Shown piece by piece: positions 58,851 to 64,000 of a stretch of DNA of 64,000 nucleotides. Both the position numbers and the translations under genes were made by a program. The notes under the pieces were generated by a model, which was not told the DNA's origin, did not search any database, and worked only from the letters and a program-made list of their open reading frames with translations. Each line of letters begins with the position of its first letter. Position 1 is the stretch's first letter. Source of the DNA: Catajapyx aquilonaris (Eukaryota); assembly GCA_000934665.2 (NCBI GenBank), contig JYFJ02000011.1, forward strand, positions 1 to 64,000, read 5' to 3'.

Positions 58851-61336
58851 ATGATGTGGAAGGCGCTCTTCATACTAGCGGCCGCAGCCGCTTGTGCGTT
58901 TGCACTACCTCAGCGTAAGTCATGCCCTGCCTCGTCATTATTTTTCGTACCCAGTACGGCACTCAATATTAACATATTCACAATACAGCCGATTCCATTT
59001 AATGGGATTGCAAATTACTGCACATACATGAGATTGCCAAATCCTGAGCCGGATAATTGAGTCAAATATTCTTGGCAATTAAGCGGATTTTTTTTCACAA
59101 TTACTTCGGTTGAATCTCACAACAATATTTCTCTTCCCCCAATCAGCGGTTGAGGTTCAGGATGGTCAGCCAGCTCGCATCGATTGCTACTACAGCAACT
59201 GGGCATACACCAGGCCTAAGCCAGGCACCTACGACATTGAAGACATCCCTGTAGACCTCTGCACCCACTTGATCTACGCCTTTATTGGCGTGTCCAACGT
59301 CACCTGGGGAGTCCTCATTACAGACGAGACAGTGAGTTTGCATTACCCAAATCCATCACAACAAGTAAGACTAGCTGACTATAGTTTTAAAGGAAGTAAC
59401 TCTTCCAACTGATTGCTAGGGTAAACATAACATTTTCCTTTCGATTGCTGGACTGTGGACTTAGAGTTGAATTATTAATATTGTGATGGACTACAACCGA
59501 CCACATTTTCAGCATGATGTCACCAACGGAGGCTTCCAGAAGTTCACCGACTTGAAAAAGAAGAATCCCAACCTGAAGACCACTGTGGCAATGGGAGGAT
59601 GGGGCGAAGGTGGCAAGAAATATTCGGAGCTTGTCAGCCTCCCAGAGCGAAGGGCCACGTATATCAAAAGCCTTGTGGGTGAGTAGGCTACACAATTACC
59701 AGGACAGTGAACCGGAAGTAATATCTTGCGATGATATCACCCTGTGACAGTGCGCACCCTTCAAAAATGGCAGCACTGAAATATGCATGATCCTTCCTAT
59801 CTGATACACTCGCAGACATAACGTCGGCGTCAAATCGGCCGTTAACCTTTGCGGAACATGTTCAATGCGAATATCAACGTTTTCCGCGCACTTACTAGCC
59901 AGTTGGACATAAATAATTTTCTTAAAACACCTTATGTACATTCAGACTTCCTGAACAAGTATAACTTCGATGGGCTGGACATCGACTGGGAGTATCCAGG
60001 AGCAGCAGACCGCGGAGGTTCCATGGCTGATGGTGACAACTTTGTCAAGTTTGTGCAAGAGCTGAGGACAGCTTTTGACGCGGAGGACAAGGATTGGGAA
60101 ATAACAGCTGCCGTGGCCGTGGCCAAGTTCAGGCTGCAGGACGGCTACCACGTGCCTGAACTCTGCAGTGTGCTCACCGCCATCCACTGCATGACCTATG
60201 ACCTGAGGGGTAACTGGGCTGGGTTTGCGGATGTCCACACTCCATTGTACAAACGCTCGTTCGACCAGTGGGCATACGAGAAGCTGAATGTGGTCAGTAT
60301 CCACATGTGAACCACTCCAGCTGTCAGGTGCAGATTATAACTGGTCTGTTCTTTCAACAGAAAGATGGTATGCAACTGTGGGAAGATTTTGGATGCCCTC
60401 GTGACAAGCTGATTGTCGGCGCCGCCTTCTACGGTCGCACATACACGCTAGGAAGCCCCAGCAACCATGGCCTCCATGCACCCATCAAGACGTGGGTGGG
60501 CGGTGGAAATCCAGGGCCAATCACTCAAGCTAGAGGAACCCTCTCATACATGGAGGTACTGCGCCACTAGTCCAAAAGATTGCACCGGATGAAAGTGCTT
60601 AAGTCACTAAATAATTGCCCATAAAATTGCAGATTTGCATGTATAACAAGAACGACAAGGGATGGACCGACGCCTACGATGACGTTGGAAAATGTCCCTA
60701 CATGTACAAAGGTACTCTCTCACTCTTCAATATTCTCGTTGAGTGTGCGGTTCGAATAGTAACTACCAACAAATCCATCCAGATGACCAGTGGTGTGGCT
60801 ACGAGGACGCCAGCAGCATCCAGATCAAGATGGACTTTGTGAAACAAACAGGCTACTTGGGCGCCATGACATGGGCCTTAGACTTTGACGACTTCAACAA
60901 CCAGTGCGGCGACGGAAATAATCCTTTGCAGAACGTCATCTACAAGAGCCTGAAGGACCACATCGTTCCACCTGCCCCACCAATAACCACCACCCCAAGG
61001 GTGACCTGGTGGCCACCTCCAACCACAGGAACACCTGACCCTTCCATTTCTACCACCACCTGGAAGCCTATTCATCCAGTCGATCCAGCACATGCTGATT
61101 GCAAGAAGAGGACTTATTGGCCTGAGAAAATGTGCAACAAGGTCAGATATTTCCACGTTTATAATTACGATTAGTTTACTCCCCATTTTTTTCCGTTTCA
61201 GTACATCTGGTGCATTAACGGTGTTCCAACTGAGCAGACCTGCCCCAGTGGCCTGGTTTGGAACCAGAGGACCAATATCTGCGACTGGCCTGCCGACACT
61301 GACACCAGCATGTGCACCATGCCTTCCATTATGTAA
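58851..61336 (+). CDS. GH18 chitinase, group I (Cht5-like), copy 2, with shorter linker and CBM14
   Basis: Signal peptide [60 protein letters not shown]-terminal [20 protein letters not shown]. Confidence 0.95.
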
Positions 61337-61415
61337 ATTGATGTACCAATAAACCAGTTGAATTCCATGCCCTTTATTTTAGTGGTGTAACCTGCAAAAC
61401 AATCTCAAACCAGGC

Positions 61416-61422
61416 TATAAAA
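61416..61422 (+). promoter_or_regulatory. TATA box of chitinase 3
   Basis: TATAAAA ~60 bp after the AATAAA (61348) of chitinase 2, followed by a short non-coding exon. Confidence 0.55.
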
Positions 61423-61585
61423 GACTCCGGTTAGAGTGAACAGAGGCAGCAGGTCTTTCCCGTTGCAGTTTTTATTAAACGGTCAAGGCTAAGAGGACGA
61501 TCCGGATCAATGTACTCTGTCGTATGAGCAAATATATAGGGAATCTTTTGTTCAAGGTGACCAGTGTAGTAGAAGGCTCCCCAAG

Positions 61586-63648
61586 ATGTGGACGGTATTG
61601 TTAAGTTCTGTACTGGCGACGGCTTGCTTGGGACTGCTGATGGCTCGAAGTCCAGCAGAAGGTGGGTGAAATATTGAAAAAAATGATAAATTTTTTAAAA
61701 GCCATCTTTTGCGCACTAAAAGATATGTGAGACAAGCTCGTACTGATAGATTGAAGTAGGAGACCAAAGTTCTTGTAATATTGCAAAATTTTTACCCTAA
61801 TCGCTATTATCAGTGTTACGATAGGAGACCTCAATAAAAACATATTTAATCCTCTTGAAAAATTAGCTGCACTACATCAAGAGTACTAGATATCAAATCA
61901 CAGTAAACAACTTCAGTTTTTTTTAATGTGTGAGACGGCATTAATCATAAGTGAACAAATGACCTACTTTGCCCTTATATAGACCTAAAGAGGAAAATTG
62001 CGAAATTAATGTCTATAGTCCAATATTCAGAGCTGAGGCAACTAAGGCCATACAGACACATCGTTGGTTTTCCAATGACGTTTACGCCATACGTCATAAA
62101 TCATATCTCTGAATTGGGTAGGCTACAAATCCTATACAATAAAAAATAAAACCCATTTTATGCTTTTTGTAAGGCCCTGTGCAGAAGAAGCCTATACTGG
62201 GATGCTACTACAGCAGCTGGATGTCCTATCCACCAAACAACTACGTGGTGGACAAAATTCCAGCAGACCTTTGCACTCACGTTTTCTACTCGTTCGCCGG
62301 CCTGTCCAACGACACATGGCAGATTGAGATTCTGGATCCGAAAGTAAGCCACTCAACAATGACATCAACAGTTCCACAATATGTTTCTGTTGCAGTTGGA
62401 CATTGAAGAAGGCGGGTACAGGAACTTCACGTCCCTTAAACACAAGTACCCTCAATTAACGACGACGCTGTCCGTCGGAGGCTGGGGAGAAGGAGGTCAA
62501 AAGTATTCGGACATGGTCAGCGAGAAGGGCAGGAGGGACAGTTTCGTCCAAAGCGCCGTGGACATCCTGGAGGAGTACGACTTTGACGGGTTGGACTTGG
62601 ACTGGGAATATCCTGGAGCTCCGGATCGTGATGGCCAACCCAGCGACAAGGAGAATTTCCTCTTGCTGGTCCAAGAGCTACGAGAGGCCTTCGATGCCAA
62701 AGGCAAAGGGTGGGAATTGACAGCAGCTGTTCCCGTGGCCCGATTGCGCCTCGAGCAAGGTTACGCCGTGCCTGAACTATGCCGGTGAAGATATTGTTCT
62801 CCAGACCAATTAATCATAATAATTTAATTAACTAGATAATTGCATGCAGGTTATTGGACGCCATTCATGCGATGGCTTATGACTTGCGAGGAGAATGGGA
62901 CGGATTTGCGGATGTTCACACACCTCTATACAGAAGGCCTTTCGATGTGGGCAATTACACCGAGCTCAATGTGGTAAGATGGAATAACTTAATAATTATT
63001 CACAAGATGCGGAATTTGTGCTGTATTTGTTGTTTTTTGCACTTTTCAGCACGACGGAATGAAAGTGTGGGAAGAAATGGGCTGCCCAGCACATAAATTG
63101 ATACTGGGGACAGCCTTTTATGGGAAGCTGCTATTCCTGGAAGATCCGAAGAATCATAGTTTACATGCCCCAATCATTAAAGGAAAGATGGGCGGCATGT
63201 CCTACATGCAGGTATAGAAACTATCGAAGTATCCTGCAGTGTGAACCGTCCTAAGTAACATAATTATATAGCAATTATCTTTTCGCAGATATGCCAGGAA
63301 TTACAGAACAGCAGCATCGGTTGGACTAAAGAATACGATACCTATGGAAAAGTGCCGTACATGTATACAGGTATAGTCATATTTTATTAGCAACAAAATG
63401 AGCGTATGATCACAGAATAATGCGGTTCTGTAACTCTTTAATTGCACTCAGAGGACAAGTGGATCGGGTACGAAGACATGGAGAGTCTGGCCATCAAGAT
63501 GGATTTTCTGAAGGACCACAAGTATGGCGGAGCTATGATGTGGGACCTTCCTTCAGACGATTACAGAGACGCCTGCGGATTCGGGATCAACCCACTCATA
63601 CAAGTCTTGTACGAGGCTCTTCAAAACTACTCTGTGCCACAGGTGTAA
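61586..63648 (+). CDS. GH18 chitinase, Cht5-derived copy 3, lacking linker and chitin-binding domain
   Basis: Signal peptide [52 protein letters not shown]; ends NYSVPQV* directly after the catalytic domain. Confidence 0.92.
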
Positions 63649-64000
63649 TCCGTTCGAATAATTCGGAATAATTGGTCAACCGTCTAGTGAAATTCAATAG
63701 TAAAAACATTAAATTGTAATAATTTCATGACTCACTATCACCTTTCCCTTGGTCCCAATCGAGAGAATTTAGGTTTCAGCAGTCAGAAAGCAATATTGAT
63801 AACTTGAAATGCAGAACGACTAGAGCTACAAAATGATGTCGAAATGCGTAAGGGGTTTCAGGTTTAGGAATTAATTTTTGCTTCAAACATTTCTACACGG
63901 CGCTGTAATTTTTCTCGCATACAGATCTGATTTGGCTATCAGAAAATGCACTTCCGAATACTATGATAAAGGTTAAAGCAATCCCTAGCGCAGTTGCGAC

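Overview
Eukaryotic, AT-rich, arthropod-type genomic DNA with short spliceosomal introns; the ORF track mostly shows exon fragments. 0.5-20 kb: a roughly 9 kb tandem duplication carrying an array of secreted, intron-containing serine beta-lactamase-fold (PBP / class C / peptidase S12-like) genes. Two copies are intact, one has a nonsense codon and one is an exon-1 relic. They are interleaved with a Chapaev3-like transposon relic, MITEs and tRNA-derived SINEs. 20-40 kb: an SLC2A/GLUT-type sugar transporter whose long 5' region appears to hold alternative promoters and first coding micro-exons. 42-50 kb: an uncharacterised LRR-like gene (-), GTPBP10 (+) and ACMSD (-), the last two with stop codons 1 bp apart. 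55-64 kb: three tandem group I (Cht5-like) GH18 chitinases with progressively shorter C-termini. Gene models were spliced by eye, and family calls rest on recognised motifs rather than database searches.
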